Shown: positions 18,256-29,270 of the stretch, in pieces | Position numbering within the stretch: the stretch's first letter is position 1 | How the letters are laid out: the number at the start of each line of letters is the position of its first letter | NCBI GenBank assembly: GCA_015068025.1 | Contig: SVLH01000006.1 | Location: 9,920-73,919 of the forward strand | Reading direction: 5' to 3' | Source of the DNA: Oscillospiraceae bacterium | Lineage (GTDB): Bacteria > Bacillota > Clostridia > Oscillospirales > Oscillospiraceae | DNA length: 64,000 nucleotides | Position numbers and translations under genes: made by a program | Notes under the pieces: model-generated | Database searches by the model: none | Seen by the model: only the letters and a program-made list of their open reading frames with translations | Told to the model about the DNA's origin: nothing

Positions 18256-20688
18256 GTGAAACGAATGAAGCAAAGACGTTCCGGCGGGATCGCAGCGGAG
18301 AAGCGCGCAGACACGGTCAGATTCTGGCTGTTCGGCGGGCTGTTGTTCCTGTCTGCCACAGTCATGACCGGCTGGATGAGCGTTTTCCTGGCGGCGGCCG
18401 CCTGCGTAACCCTGTTTTTGCTGGGGAAAAGAGGGGCAGAGAACTTCCGGGAGCATCTGTGCATCCCGGTGATCGGTCTGCTGCTGTTTGCGCTGGCCAA
18501 TGGCGCGGCAGCGATCTATTCCCCCTTTGATGAAACGGCAGTGGCCGAATTCTATAAGATCTTTGCGGCGATCGCATTGTTCGCGGTGGCGATTACGCGG
18601 TTTGAGAAGAAGCATGTCCGCGGTCTCCTGTGGGGGATGGCGGGGGTCTGCGCGGCCATTTCCCTGTTGAGCATCGATCTGGCCTGCGACGGGATCTTGT
18701 TTGAGATATTTAGATCTGTAACAGAAATCCTTGGCGGCAGCTATACGGGCATGGAGGATGCCGGCGGTCGCGTGGGCGGACTCTATAACAATGCCAATGT
18801 CTTTGCCGGCCTTGTGTCCGTAGGTGCTGTTTCTGCGCTGTATCTGGCCGATTCCGAAGAAGAACGCGGGAAAAAACTGCCGGCCTGGCTGCTTGTCGGG
18901 CTGTGTGCGCAGGGCCTTCTGCTGTCTGCCAGCCGCGGCGGCCTGCTCTGCTTTGGCCTGGCGCTTCTGGTGTGGCTGATTGCAGCGGAAAAGACGGCGC
19001 GGCTGCGCCTGTTCCTGAAGATGCTGCTGGCGGCAGTGGCGGCGGGTGCGGCATCGGCGGTGGCGGCGGCTGCTGTTCGCGGCGGAACCGCATGGCTGGC
19101 GCTGATGGTGACGGTGCTGTCCGGCGCGGCGATGTGGGGGCTGGATCGCTTCCTCGCCGGCCGCCTGACCGGACTGCTGTCCGGCCGGGGAAAACTGGTG
19201 GCGGCCACCCTTGCCGTGATTTTCCTGCTCTGTGCGGGCTATGTGATTGCCGCGGTGGCAGTCAAAGGTCCCTATACCTTCACGGAAAGCGGACATCTGC
19301 GCCGTGAGATCGTGCTGGAAGCCGGAGACTACACCGTTTCCGGCGACTGGGACGGTGAGGTCTACGTTTGGGTGAGTACCGAAAACCGGGAGCAGCTGTT
19401 TCTGGACATTGGTGATGTCGCCTATGATGGCCTGCTGGAAAACGCGGCCTTTACGGTTCCGGAAGGAACCAGGCAGGTCACCTTCGGCATTTCCGCCCAG
19501 CCCGGCACCGTTCTGCGGGAGTTGGTGCTGTCTGATGGAACGAAGATCCCTCTGGACTATCCTCTGATCCCCGGTTTTCTGGAAGACCGTCTGCAGGGCA
19601 ATCTGTTTTTGAGCAGCAGCTTCCTTCTGCGCGTGCAGTTCATGAAGGACGCTTTGACGCTGTTTGCGCAGAAGCCGCTGCTGGGTCATGGTTTGAGCAG
19701 CACGGAGAATCTGTATGCCGCCGTTCAGCCCTTCCGCTATGAGAGCCGCTATGTGCATAACCATATTTTGCAGTTTATGAGCGATATGGGTCTTTTCGGC
19801 CTGTTGTCCTACCTGCTGCTGGCAGGGGGTGCTGCCTGGCTTCTGATCCGGAAACTGCGTCAGGAACGAGAGATGCAGACGGCCATGCTTCTGGGCGGAT
19901 GGGTCATGATAAACGCCCACAGCCTGATGGAGATCAACTTCTCCGTGCGCTCGTACCAGTGTGTGGCCATGGTGTTTTTTGCGGTGATTGTCATTGCCTG
20001 CGGCCATCCGCTGATCCAGGCGGCCTCGGTTCGGGGAAGAATTGCCGCAAAGCGGGCGGGGATCGCCGTTCAGGCGCTGCTGTGCCTGTATCTGGCGGTG
20101 TTCGGGGGGCTGCTGATGAGCCATCGGACGGTGAACGAGGAAGCCGCGGTCTTTTCCGGATCGTCCGTGCAGGAATACATGGATGCCTGGAGAAGCTACA
20201 TCCGGCGGGATGTGTTCACCACGGCACAGCACAAGCTGAATTTTGTGGGCAACGCAGTGCGTGCCGATGGGGATCAGTACCGGGAAGAGATGGAACGCTG
20301 GGCGGGGGATCTCCGCAGGAGCGGAACCTATACGAACTGTTCCGGCCTGGCCCGGCATTATTACCTGCCCAAAGGGGCGTATGAGGAGATGTTCGCCTGC
20401 TCCCGGGAAGGCATTGCACAAGTCGCCTCCTCTCCTGACGGCTGGAACCTGCAGATGAACTTTTACCGCAGCGAGGTGCTTCCCGTCATCGAGCCGGAGG
20501 AACTGGACGTCTATCTGGATGGCGTGCTGGCGCTGGAAACCTATCTGGAGGCGTACAATGCCGAACGGATGGAGGAGATCAGCCTGACGGAGGAAAACGA
20601 AGCCTTCCTGTCCGTTGCGAAGAAACTCCGGGAGAACCCCATAGATGCCGGAACGGCCTATATGGTGCTGTCCGCGGCAGCCGGCTGA
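18256..20688 (+). CDS. large O-antigen ligase/O-oligosaccharyltransferase-family (Wzy_C) membrane protein
   Basis: many TM segments; RVGGLYNNANVFA, SASRGG, R...MKDAL..F..KPLLGHG, YVHNHILQFMSDMGLFG. Confidence 0.8.
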   Translation: MKRMKQRRSGGIAAEKRADTVRFWLFGGLLFLSATVMTGWMSVFLAAAACVTLFLLGKRGAENFREHLCIPVIGLLLFALANGAAAIYSPFDETAVAEFYKIFAAIALFAVAITRFEKKHVRGLLWGMAGVCAAISLLSIDLACDGILFEIFRSVTEILGGSYTGMEDAGGRVGGLYNNANVFAGLVSVGAVSALYLADSEEERGKKLPAWLLVGLCAQGLLLSASRGGLLCFGLALLVWLIAAEKTARLRLFLKMLLAAVAAGAASAVAAAAVRGGTAWLALMVTVLSGAAMWGLDRFLAGRLTGLLSGRGKLVAATLAVIFLLCAGYVIAAVAVKGPYTFTESGHLRREIVLEAGDYTVSGDWDGEVYVWVSTENREQLFLDIGDVAYDGLLENAAFTVPEGTRQVTFGISAQPGTVLRELVLSDGTKIPLDYPLIPGFLEDRLQGNLFLSSSFLLRVQFMKDALTLFAQKPLLGHGLSSTENLYAAVQPFRYESRYVHNHILQFMSDMGLFGLLSYLLLAGGAAWLLIRKLRQEREMQTAMLLGGWVMINAHSLMEINFSVRSYQCVAMVFFAVIVIACGHPLIQAASVRGRIAAKRAGIAVQALLCLYLAVFGGLLMSHRTVNEEAAVFSGSSVQEYMDAWRSYIRRDVFTTAQHKLNFVGNAVRADGDQYREEMERWAGDLRRSGTYTNCSGLARHYYLPKGAYEEMFACSREGIAQVASSPDGWNLQMNFYRSEVLPVIEPEELDVYLDGVLALETYLEAYNAERMEEISLTEENEAFLSVAKKLRENPIDAGTAYMVLSAAAG

Positions 20689-20851
20689 ACAGGCGAAAAC
20701 GGAGCACAAGATAATGCGAGCGTTGCGACCCCCGGTGCAAGGTGTGCACCGGGGGTTTTCTGCGCAAAACCCGCGCGCTCCGGGCGCGGGAACGGAAGGG
20801 GGAAAACCGCCCCAATTCGCTGAAAATAAAAGGAAAAACCGAAGCCGGGGA

Positions 20852-20880
20852 TTGAACTGGCACGGCCTGCGTGGTATAAT
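20852..20880 (+). promoter_or_regulatory. sigma-A promoter of the glycan operon
   Basis: TTGAAC-17-TATAAT with extended -10 TG. Confidence 0.7.
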
Positions 20881-20988
20881 GTTAGTCGTATTATTATGGG
20901 TTGTTATGCCATCTGATCTTTGCCGCACCCGGTAAAAACAAGAAAGACCCGGCTGGCGGCGGAAATCATGCGGAAAGGAACATCGTGC

Positions 20989-22107
20989 ATGAAAAATCGG
21001 CTTTTCCTGTCCTCGCCCACCATACATGGGGAGGAGCAGGTGTTTGTGAAAGAGGCGTTCGACACCAACTGGGTTGCGCCGCTGGGGAAGAATGTCAACG
21101 AATTTGAAAAGGAATTGGCGGCGTATCTGGGCATCGGCCATGCCGCGGCGCTGACCTCCGGCACGGCGGCGCTGCACCTTGCTGTCAAGCTGGCCGGTGT
21201 GAAGCCGGGCGACAAAGTGTTTTGCAGTGACCTGACCTTCTCCGCCACGGTCAACCCTGTTAGCTACGAGGGTGCAAAGCAGGTGTTCATTGACAGCGAA
21301 CGGGACACCTGGAATATGGACCCTGCCGCGCTGGAAAAGGCCTTTGAGAAGTATCCGGACTGCAAATGCGTGGTGCTGGTGCACCTGTACGGCACACCGG
21401 CGAAGCTGGACGAGATCCGCGCCATCTGCGCCGCCCACGACGCCGTGCTGATCGAAGACGCGGCGGAGAGCCTGTCCGCCACCTATAAGGGACAGCAGAC
21501 CGGCACCTTCGGCCGCTACAATGCGGTGTCCTTCAACGGCAACAAGATCATCACCTCCTCCGGCGGCGGTATGCTGCTGTGCCACGAGGAAAGTGCCGCT
21601 GCAAAGGCGCGGTTCTGGGCCACCCAGTCCCGGGAGCCCTTCCCGTGGTATCAGCACGAGGAATTGGGCTACAACTACCGTATGAGCAACATCGTGGCGG
21701 GCATCGGCCGCGGCCAGCTGCTCCATCTGGAGGAACACCGCAGCCTGAAGGAGCGGATCTACCATACATACGAAAAGGGATTTGCCGGTTTGCCGGTGAA
21801 GATGAATCCGTATCTCGACTGTAGCCGTCCCAACTTCTGGCTCTCCTGTATTACCATTGACCCGGCCTGCGCCGTCACGCCGGAGCAGATCCGTCTGGCG
21901 CTGGAGGCCGAAAACATGGAAGCCAGACCCCTCTGGAAGCCCATGCACATGCAGCCGGTGTTTGCAGATCGGGACTTTGTTGCCGTGGAAGGCGGCGACG
22001 GCGTGGGCGGCGACCTGTTTGCCCGGGGACTGTGCCTGCCCAGTGATATCAAGATGACGGAAGAAGAACAGGCGGAGGTCATCCGCGTTGTGAGAGGACT
22101 GTTTTGA
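20989..22107 (+). CDS. DegT/DnrJ sugar aminotransferase (PglE/EpsN-like)
   Basis: [53 protein letters not shown]. Confidence 0.9.
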   Translation: MKNRLFLSSPTIHGEEQVFVKEAFDTNWVAPLGKNVNEFEKELAAYLGIGHAAALTSGTAALHLAVKLAGVKPGDKVFCSDLTFSATVNPVSYEGAKQVFIDSERDTWNMDPAALEKAFEKYPDCKCVVLVHLYGTPAKLDEIRAICAAHDAVLIEDAAESLSATYKGQQTGTFGRYNAVSFNGNKIITSSGGGMLLCHEESAAAKARFWATQSREPFPWYQHEELGYNYRMSNIVAGIGRGQLLHLEEHRSLKERIYHTYEKGFAGLPVKMNPYLDCSRPNFWLSCITIDPACAVTPEQIRLALEAENMEARPLWKPMHMQPVFADRDFVAVEGGDGVGGDLFARGLCLPSDIKMTEEEQAEVIRVVRGLF

Positions 22108-22727
22108 TGTATCAGCGCTTTTTCAAACGCTTTCTGGATATCGTTCTCTCCGGCTGCGCGCTGCTGGTGCTGTGGCCGGTGCTGCTGGTGGTGGCGGTAT
22201 TGGTGCGCGTGAAGCTGGGCAGCCCGGTGATCTTCTGTCAGGAGCGCCCCGGCAAGGATGAGAAGATCTTCAAAATGTACAAGTTCCGCTCCATGACCGA
22301 TGAACGGGACGAACACGGCGAGCTGCTGCCGGATGAGATCCGGCTGACGAAATTCGGCAGGCTTCTCCGTGCCACCAGTCTGGACGAGCTGCCGGAACTG
22401 TGGAATATCTTCAAAGGGGATATGTCCGTCGTCGGCCCCCGCCCTCTGTTGGTGAAGTATCTGCCCCTGTACAACGAGGAGCAGCGCCACCGCCACGACG
22501 TGCGCCCGGGTCTGACAGGGCTTGCGCAGGTGAATGGGCGCAACGCCATCAGCTGGGAGGAAAAATTTGCGCTGGATGTGCAGTATGTGAGGAACATCAC
22601 CTTCCTCCATGACGTGAAAATCGTGCTTGCCACCGTGGGAAAGGTCTTCCGACGGAGCGGCATCCATTCTGAAACTGCGGCGACCATGGAGGAGTTCCGT
22701 GGCACGCCGGTGGAGGCGGAACGATGA
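22107..22727 (+). CDS. initiating phosphoglycosyltransferase (PglC/EpsL-like)
   Basis: [43 protein letters not shown]. Confidence 0.92.
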   Translation: MYQRFFKRFLDIVLSGCALLVLWPVLLVVAVLVRVKLGSPVIFCQERPGKDEKIFKMYKFRSMTDERDEHGELLPDEIRLTKFGRLLRATSLDELPELWNIFKGDMSVVGPRPLLVKYLPLYNEEQRHRHDVRPGLTGLAQVNGRNAISWEEKFALDVQYVRNITFLHDVKIVLATVGKVFRRSGIHSETAATMEEFRGTPVEAER

Positions 22728-23362
22728 GAGATCTGGTCATTATCGGCGCCGGAGATTTCGGCAGAGAGGTTTCGTGGGTCGTGGAGCGCAGCAACGCCTG
22801 CGATGCACAGTGGAACCTGCTGGGCTTTGTGGACGATGCGCCCGCCGTGCAGGGCATGGTTTTTGACGGCTATCCGGTGCTTGGCACAACGGCGTGGCTG
22901 GCACAGCGGACGGAGGAGACCTGGGTGGTCTGCTCCATCGGCACGGGTCGTGTCCGCAAGCAGGTGCTGGAGCGCGTGCTGCAGCAGGAGAATCTTCATC
23001 CCGCCACACTGATCGACCCCGCAGCCATCGTGGCCCGCGGTGCCCGGGTGGGCGAGGGCTGCGTTGTCTGTGCGGGCACGGTGCTGGCCATCCATGCGGA
23101 GCTGGCGCCTCACGTTATCGTGAACCTGAACTGTACCGTGGGACACGACACCGTTCTGGAGCCCTTCTGCACGATCCATCCCGGCACCAACCTCTCCGGA
23201 AAGGTGCTTGTGGGCGAGGGGTGCGATATCGGCACGGGGACGAAAGTGATCCAGGGCGTGCGCCTCTGCGCGGGCTGTGTCGTCGGCGCCGGCGCCGTGG
23301 TCACAAAAACCATTGACGAGCCGGGCACCTATGTGGGCGTCCCGGTCAGGAGGATCCGTTGA
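22724..23362 (+). CDS. PglD/NeuD-family sugar acetyltransferase
   Basis: [16 protein letters not shown], hexapeptide repeats, VGHD. Confidence 0.88.
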   Translation: MRDLVIIGAGDFGREVSWVVERSNACDAQWNLLGFVDDAPAVQGMVFDGYPVLGTTAWLAQRTEETWVVCSIGTGRVRKQVLERVLQQENLHPATLIDPAAIVARGARVGEGCVVCAGTVLAIHAELAPHVIVNLNCTVGHDTVLEPFCTIHPGTNLSGKVLVGEGCDIGTGTKVIQGVRLCAGCVVGAGAVVTKTIDEPGTYVGVPVRRIR

Positions 23363-24603
23363 AAAAAACCGTTTGGATCATGAACCACTACGCCGGCAAT
23401 ATGTTTTTTGACCGGGGTGGGCGGCATTACAATTTTGCGAAATACCTGAAAAGAAGCGGCTACGAGCCGGTGGTGTTCTGCGCCAACAGCAGGCACAACG
23501 CCGAAGGACTCTGGTTTGAAAACGATGGTCTCTGGCACGAGCATACGGCGGAGGAGATCAATGTCCCCTTTGTGTTTGTGGCGGCCAGAGACTATGCGGG
23601 CAACGGAAAGCAGCGCGTGCTGAACATGGTGGATTTCTACCGCCATGTGAAGAAGGCGGCCAAAGCCTACGCCGCGCAGAACGGCAAGCCGGACGTCATT
23701 TTGGCCTCCTCCGTCCATCCCCTGACGCTGGTGGCCGGCATCCAACTGGCAAAGCACTTCGGTGTGAAGTGCATCTGCGAGGTGCGCGATCTCTGGCCGG
23801 AGAGCATCGTGGAGTATTCCTCCCGCCTGACGCGGAAGAATCCCGTGATCCGCCTGCTGTACGCCGGGGAGAAGTGGATCTACAAGAAAGCCGACGCGGT
23901 GCTGTTCACCTGCGAGGGCAGTTACGACTACATTCTGGAACAGGGCTGGGAGAAAGCGATCCCCCGGGAAAAGGTGTTTACCATCAACAACGGCGTGGAT
24001 CTGGAACAGTTCGATGCCAACCGGGCGCAGTTCACCGTTGAGGACGCGGATCTGGATGATCCCGAACAGTTCAAGGTGGTCTACACCGGCTCCATCCGCA
24101 GGGTCAACAATCTCGGTTTGCTGCTGGACGCCGCAAAGCAGGTGACGGATCCCCGGGTGAAGTTCCTCGTCTGGGGCGACGGCGACGAGCTTTCCGCCCT
24201 GCGGCAGCGGCTGTCGGATGAGGAGATCGAAAATGTTGTGTTCAAGGGACGGGTGGAAAAGCGCTGTGTGCCCGACATCGTCAGCCGTGCGGATCTGAAT
24301 TTTATGCACGGAACATCTTCCAACCTGTTTCGCTTTGGCATCAGCCCCAATAAACTGTTTGAGTATTTTGCGGCCGGCCGGCCGGTGCTTTCCGATCTGG
24401 AGGCCAAATACGACCCCACGGAAACGTTCCAATGCGGCGTGTTTGCCACCACCGGGGAAGAAATTGCCGCAGCTGTCCAGCGCCTTGCGGGCGCGCCGGC
24501 AGAGGAGTATGCGCAGCTTTGTTCCGGCAGCCGGAAGGCCGCACAGGAATATGATTTCTCCAATCTGACGAAGACGCTCATTGAGATCATTGAAAAGGGA
24601 TGA
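23359..24603 (+). CDS. GT4 glycosyltransferase (WbuB-like)
   Basis: EVRDLWPESI, NNGVD, YTGSI, SPNKLFEYFAAGRPV. Confidence 0.88.
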   Translation: MKKTVWIMNHYAGNMFFDRGGRHYNFAKYLKRSGYEPVVFCANSRHNAEGLWFENDGLWHEHTAEEINVPFVFVAARDYAGNGKQRVLNMVDFYRHVKKAAKAYAAQNGKPDVILASSVHPLTLVAGIQLAKHFGVKCICEVRDLWPESIVEYSSRLTRKNPVIRLLYAGEKWIYKKADAVLFTCEGSYDYILEQGWEKAIPREKVFTINNGVDLEQFDANRAQFTVEDADLDDPEQFKVVYTGSIRRVNNLGLLLDAAKQVTDPRVKFLVWGDGDELSALRQRLSDEEIENVVFKGRVEKRCVPDIVSRADLNFMHGTSSNLFRFGISPNKLFEYFAAGRPVLSDLEAKYDPTETFQCGVFATTGEEIAAAVQRLAGAPAEEYAQLCSGSRKAAQEYDFSNLTKTLIEIIEKG

Positions 24604-25337
24604 GGCAGATGAACTTTACCTATCAGGCCTATGCGGATATGCTTGCGCTTTTGAAGGACGGCGGCTATCGGTTTTGCGACTATCATACCTGCGCGCAGCA
24701 GCCCCGCTGCGTCATTCTTCGCCATGACATCGACACCAGTCTGGAGCAGGCGCTTCGACTGGCGGAAGTGGAGGCGGCGCAGGGCGTCCGCTCCACCTGG
24801 TTCGTGCTTCTCCGCACAGACTTTTACAATGTGTTTTCCCTGTCTGCCCGCCGGTCGCTGCAGAAGCTCCTTGCGCTGGGACACGAAGTGGGCCTGCACT
24901 TCGATGAAGTGGCCTACGGCCGTCCCCTTTCGGAGGAGGAGACCGTCCGGAACATTCAGACGGAGTGCGGCATTTTGTCCACGGTGCTGGAGCGGCCGGT
25001 GACCTGTGTTTCCATGCACCGCCCCTCTCAAGCGACGCTGGAAGCCGACCTGCAGATCCCGGGTATCGTGAATTCTTACGGCAAGACCTTTTTCCGTGAT
25101 TTCAAATACCTTTCCGACAGCCGCAGGCGCTGGCGGGAGCCGGTGCTGGACATCATCCGCACCGGGGAATATGACCGCCTGCATATCCTGACCCATGCCT
25201 TCTGGTATCATGAGCAGGAAGAGGATATTGCGGAAACGGTGGGAAATTTTGTGCGAGCCGCCAATGGGGAGCGCTATGTTCAGATGAAGGACAACATTAC
25301 GGATCTGGCTTCCATTCTGCGAGAGGACGAGGTTTGA
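24600..25337 (+). CDS. polysaccharide deacetylase-like protein
   Basis: ILRHDID, GHEVGLHFD, SMHRP, YLSDS, HILTHAFW. Confidence 0.65.
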   Translation: MRQMNFTYQAYADMLALLKDGGYRFCDYHTCAQQPRCVILRHDIDTSLEQALRLAEVEAAQGVRSTWFVLLRTDFYNVFSLSARRSLQKLLALGHEVGLHFDEVAYGRPLSEEETVRNIQTECGILSTVLERPVTCVSMHRPSQATLEADLQIPGIVNSYGKTFFRDFKYLSDSRRRWREPVLDIIRTGEYDRLHILTHAFWYHEQEEDIAETVGNFVRAANGERYVQMKDNITDLASILREDEV

Positions 25338-25338
25338 T

Positions 25339-26235
25339 ATGCTGAAAATTTCGGAGATTCTGGATTTTCTGACCCGGCAGGACATCTCCTTTGTGTTTGA
25401 GGGCGATGCGGCGGCGCAGGTGGAGGGCTTTTCCTCTCTGGCGCGCTACAAAGCCGGGTCCTTCACCTGGATCAAACACGAAGCCAATATTCCGGCCGGT
25501 TTTGACCTGTCCGGGATCGCTCTGGCCATCGTTTCGGACGAGGTGACCGTCCCTGTGCGGAATGTGATCCGCACCTCCCAGTCCAAGCGGGCGTTCTTTT
25601 CCGTGATGGAGCATTTTTACGGGGAAGAGGAAGCGCGCCCCGCCATTGGACAGTTCACCTACATCTCTCCCAAAGTGAAGCTGGGGAAGAACGTCCGCAT
25701 CGGCCACAACTGCACGCTGGACGGCGACATTACCATCGGAGACGGCACGGTGATCTGGAATCATGTGACCATCGTGAACCGGGTGCAGATCGGCGCAGAT
25801 TGCGACATCCGCTCCGGCGCGGTGGTCGGCCATGACGGATACGCCTACACGGAAGATGCCAACCACAGGAAAACCATGGTGAAGCACTTCGGCGGCGTGA
25901 CCATCGGCGACAATGTGTTGGTCGGCGAAAACGTCTGCATCAGCCGGGGCACCATCGATGACACCGTGCTGGAAGACGGCGTGAAGATCGATGCGCTGGG
26001 CCACATCGCACATAACTGCTGGTTTGAGCGGGACGCTGCCATGGCGGTTCCGTGCAGCGTCAGCGGCAGCGTCCGGGTTGGCCGCAATGCCTATCTTGCC
26101 GGCAGCATCATCCGCAATCAATGCACCGTTGGCGAAAACGCATTTGTCGGGCTGGGCGCCGTGGTTGTCCGGGACGTGCCCGCCGATGAAACGGTGGTTG
26201 GAAACCCTGCGAAACCATTGAAGAAGAAGGATTGA
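25339..26235 (+). CDS. LpxD-like hexapeptide acyltransferase
   Basis: VVGHDGYAY, HFGGVTIGDNV, ISRGTIDDTV, KIDALGHIAHN. Confidence 0.8.
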   Translation: MLKISEILDFLTRQDISFVFEGDAAAQVEGFSSLARYKAGSFTWIKHEANIPAGFDLSGIALAIVSDEVTVPVRNVIRTSQSKRAFFSVMEHFYGEEEARPAIGQFTYISPKVKLGKNVRIGHNCTLDGDITIGDGTVIWNHVTIVNRVQIGADCDIRSGAVVGHDGYAYTEDANHRKTMVKHFGGVTIGDNVLVGENVCISRGTIDDTVLEDGVKIDALGHIAHNCWFERDAAMAVPCSVSGSVRVGRNAYLAGSIIRNQCTVGENAFVGLGAVVVRDVPADETVVGNPAKPLKKKD

Positions 26236-26237
26236 TT

Positions 26238-27365
26238 ATGCAGTTTATTGATTTGAAAGCCCAGTACCGGGCCCTGAAAGAGGAGATCAACGCCAATATC
26301 CAGACGGTGCTGGACTCCGCGGCCTTCATCGGCGGCGCGCAGGTGAAGGAGCTGGAGAGCAAGCTGGCGGAATTCGCGGGCCGGAAATACTGCATTTCCT
26401 GCGCCAACGGCACGGATGCGCTGCAGATCGCCTTTATGATGCTGGGCGTAGGCGAGGGTGACGCGGTGTTCTGTCCTGATATGACCTTTATCGCCTCCAC
26501 GGAACCGGCGAAGATGCTGGGTGCAGTCAGCGTGTTCTGCGACATTACAAAGGACACCTACACCCTTTGTCCCGAAAGTCTGGAGCGCCAGATCAGGGCG
26601 GTGCTTGCAGAGGGGAAGTATACTCCCAAGGCAGTGGTGGCCGTGGACATTCTGGGCAACCCCTGTGATTACGATGCCATCCTGCCTGTCTGCGAGAAGT
26701 ACGGCCTGACTCTTGTGGAGGATGCGGCACAGAGCTTCGGCGCAAGCTATAAGGGCAAGCGGTGCTGCGCCTTCGGCCGCATCGCCACCACGTCGTTCTT
26801 CCCGGCAAAGCCCTTGGGCTGCTACGGCGACGGCGGCGCCATCTTCGTGGACGAGGATGAACTGAACGACCTGTGCCGCTCCATCTGCGTCCACGGCAAG
26901 GGAAAGGGCGGCAAGTACGACAATATCCGTGTGGGCGTGAACTCTCGTCTGGATACCCTGCAGGCCGCCATTCTGCTGCCCAAGCTGAAAGCGCTGGCAG
27001 AGTATGAAACGGATGCCCGCCAGACGGTGGCGCAGCGGTACAATACCGCCTTTGCGGGCAAGTGCGTTACCCCCTTCGTGGCGGAGGGCTGCCAGTCCAT
27101 CTGGGCGCAGTATGCCGCCCTGGCAAAGGACACGGAGACCCGTGACCGTGTGATCGCCCATCTGAAAGAAAAGAATATCCCCAATATGGTCTACTATCCC
27201 ACGCCCCAGCACGCGCTGCCGGTGTTCCGGAACGAGCCTACCTATGGGGAAGCCTATCAAAACGCCAATGACTATTGCGCCCGCACCTTCTCCCTGCCCA
27301 TGCACCCCTATCTGGAGGAGGCGGAGCAGCAGCAGGTCATCGACGCGGTGCTGGAGGTGCTGTAA
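26238..27365 (+). CDS. DegT aminotransferase (WbpE/WlbC-like)
   Basis: MQFIDLKAQY, NGTDAL, EDAAQSFGA, SFFPAKPLGCYGDGG, NSRLDTLQAA. Confidence 0.9.
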   Translation: MQFIDLKAQYRALKEEINANIQTVLDSAAFIGGAQVKELESKLAEFAGRKYCISCANGTDALQIAFMMLGVGEGDAVFCPDMTFIASTEPAKMLGAVSVFCDITKDTYTLCPESLERQIRAVLAEGKYTPKAVVAVDILGNPCDYDAILPVCEKYGLTLVEDAAQSFGASYKGKRCCAFGRIATTSFFPAKPLGCYGDGGAIFVDEDELNDLCRSICVHGKGKGGKYDNIRVGVNSRLDTLQAAILLPKLKALAEYETDARQTVAQRYNTAFAGKCVTPFVAEGCQSIWAQYAALAKDTETRDRVIAHLKEKNIPNMVYYPTPQHALPVFRNEPTYGEAYQNANDYCARTFSLPMHPYLEEAEQQQVIDAVLEVL

Positions 27366-27946
27366 TGGCCGAGAAGTATTTTGTGCATGAATCCAGCTAT
27401 GTGGACGAGGGCTGCGAGATCGGCGAAGACACCAGGATCTGGCACTTCTGCCACATCCAGAGCGGCGCCCGCATCGGTGCAGGCTGCTCTCTGGGACAGA
27501 ATGTGAACGTGAGCAACAACGTGGTGATCGGCAACGGCTGCAAGCTGCAGAACAACGTTTCCCTCTACGAAGGCGTGGAGCTGGAGGATCATGTCTTCTG
27601 CGGCCCCAGCTGTGTGTTCACCAACGATCTGACCCCCCGGGCCAAATACCCCAAGGGTCGGGCGAACTATAAAAAGACCCTCATTCGGGAAGGCGCTTCC
27701 ATCGGTGCCAATGCCACCGTTGTCTGCGGCCACACTGTGGGGCGCTGGGCGATGATCGGCGCAGGCGCCGTGGTGGCCTGCAATGTGCCGGATCACGCTC
27801 TGATGCTGGGCGTTCCCGCAAAGCGTGCGGGGTGGGTCTGCCAATGCGGCGCACGCTTGCGTCCCGATGGAATCACGTTTTTGCGGTGTTCTTCCTGCGG
27901 GCGGAACTACAAACAGGAAACAGACGAGCAAATAAAGGAGATTTGA
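27365..27946 (+). CDS. N-acetyltransferase (WbpD/WlbB-like)
   Basis: IWHFCH, SLGQNV, QNNVSLYEGV, CGPSCVFTND, GWVCQCG. Confidence 0.9.
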   Translation: MAEKYFVHESSYVDEGCEIGEDTRIWHFCHIQSGARIGAGCSLGQNVNVSNNVVIGNGCKLQNNVSLYEGVELEDHVFCGPSCVFTNDLTPRAKYPKGRANYKKTLIREGASIGANATVVCGHTVGRWAMIGAGAVVACNVPDHALMLGVPAKRAGWVCQCGARLRPDGITFLRCSSCGRNYKQETDEQIKEI

Positions 27947-27950
27947 TGCC

Positions 27951-29270
27951 ATGTCTATGAAGGAAGAACTGATTCGGAAAATTCAGGACAAGACCCTGAC
28001 CATGGGCGTCTGCGGTCTGGGCTATGTGGGTCTGCCTCTGGCGGTGGATAAGGCCAAGCATGGCTTCAAAACCATTGGCTTTGATGTCCAGAGCGAAAAG
28101 GTGGACATGGTCAATGCCGGCAGGAACTATATCGGTGACGTGGTGGATACCGACCTGCAGGAGCTGGTGGCATCGGGAATGCTGCGTGCCACCACAAACT
28201 TTGCAGAGATCTGCGATGTGGACTTCATCGCCATCTGCGTCCCCACCCCGCTGGACAAGCACCAGCAGCCGGACATCAGCTATGTCCGCAGCTCCACCAT
28301 TGAGATCGCCAAGCATTTGAAGCCCGGCACCATGGTGGTGCTGGAATCCACCACCTACCCCGGCACGACGGAAGAACTGCTCAAGCCCCTGATCGAGGAG
28401 CACAGCGGATTGAAGTGCGGCGTGGATTTCTATCTGGGCTTCTCTCCCGAACGAGTGGATCCGGGCAATCTGGTCTATAAGACCAGCAACACCCCGAAGG
28501 TGGTGGGCGCCATCGGCGAGGACGCCGCGGAGGTCATCTCCATGGTCTACCGTGCCATTCTGGAGGGCGATGTCCATACCGTCTCCTGCCCCGCCGTGGC
28601 GGAGATGGAGAAGATCCTGGAAAACACCTACCGCAACATCAACATCGGCCTGGTGAATGAGCTGGCCATCCTGTGCAATAAGATGAACATCAATATCTGG
28701 GAAGTCATCGATGCGGCCAAGACCAAGCCTTACGGCTTCCAGGCCTTCTATCCCGGCCCCGGTCTGGGCGGTCACTGCATCCCTCTGGATCCCTATTACC
28801 TCAGCTGGAAGGCGCGTGAGTTCGGCTTCCACACCAGCATGATCGAGTCCTCCATGATGATTAACGACCGTATGCCGGAGTATACCGTGGAGCGGGCGGG
28901 CAAGATCCTCAACCGCCATAAAAAGGCACTCAACGGCGCGAAGGTTCTGGTGCTGGGCGTGGCCTACAAGCAGGATATCGACGACTACCGCGAAAGCCCT
29001 GCCATCCGGGTGATCGGGGAGTTCCACAAGACCGGTGCCAATGTGGATTTCTACGACCCCTTCGTGCCCCGATACCGTGAAAACGGGCAGTGGTTCGAGG
29101 GTTTGGCGGAGATCGATCCTGAAATTATTCGCGGCTATGATCTGGTCTGCATCACCACGGCGCACAGCAAGGTGGACTATGAAATGGTCTGCACGGCGGG
29201 TGTGCCGGTGTTCGACTGCAAGAACGTCACCAAGGGGATTGCAGATCGCCAACATATCGAGGTGCTGTAA
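27951..29270 (+). CDS. UDP-GlcNAc 6-dehydrogenase (WbpA-like)
   Basis: GLGYVGLPLA, ICVPTP, ESTTYPG, SPERVDPG, GPGLGGHCIPLDP. Confidence 0.92.
   Translation: MSMKEELIRKIQDKTLTMGVCGLGYVGLPLAVDKAKHGFKTIGFDVQSEKVDMVNAGRNYIGDVVDTDLQELVASGMLRATTNFAEICDVDFIAICVPTPLDKHQQPDISYVRSSTIEIAKHLKPGTMVVLESTTYPGTTEELLKPLIEEHSGLKCGVDFYLGFSPERVDPGNLVYKTSNTPKVVGAIGEDAAEVISMVYRAILEGDVHTVSCPAVAEMEKILENTYRNINIGLVNELAILCNKMNINIWEVIDAAKTKPYGFQAFYPGPGLGGHCIPLDPYYLSWKAREFGFHTSMIESSMMINDRMPEYTVERAGKILNRHKKALNGAKVLVLGVAYKQDIDDYRESPAIRVIGEFHKTGANVDFYDPFVPRYRENGQWFEGLAEIDPEIIRGYDLVCITTAHSKVDYEMVCTAGVPVFDCKNVTKGIADRQHIEVL

Noticed and set aside
19439-19448. Third copy of the AAAACGCGGC box
   Set aside because: It lies inside a CDS and lacks the GGAAGC partner box at 8 nt spacing; likely chance.
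18115-21948. Very long antisense ORFs (also 2971-5775, 6143-9286, 37623-40424, 30751-32631, 51941-54082)
   Set aside because: They are shadow frames of well-supported genes in GC-rich DNA and show no recognisable motifs.
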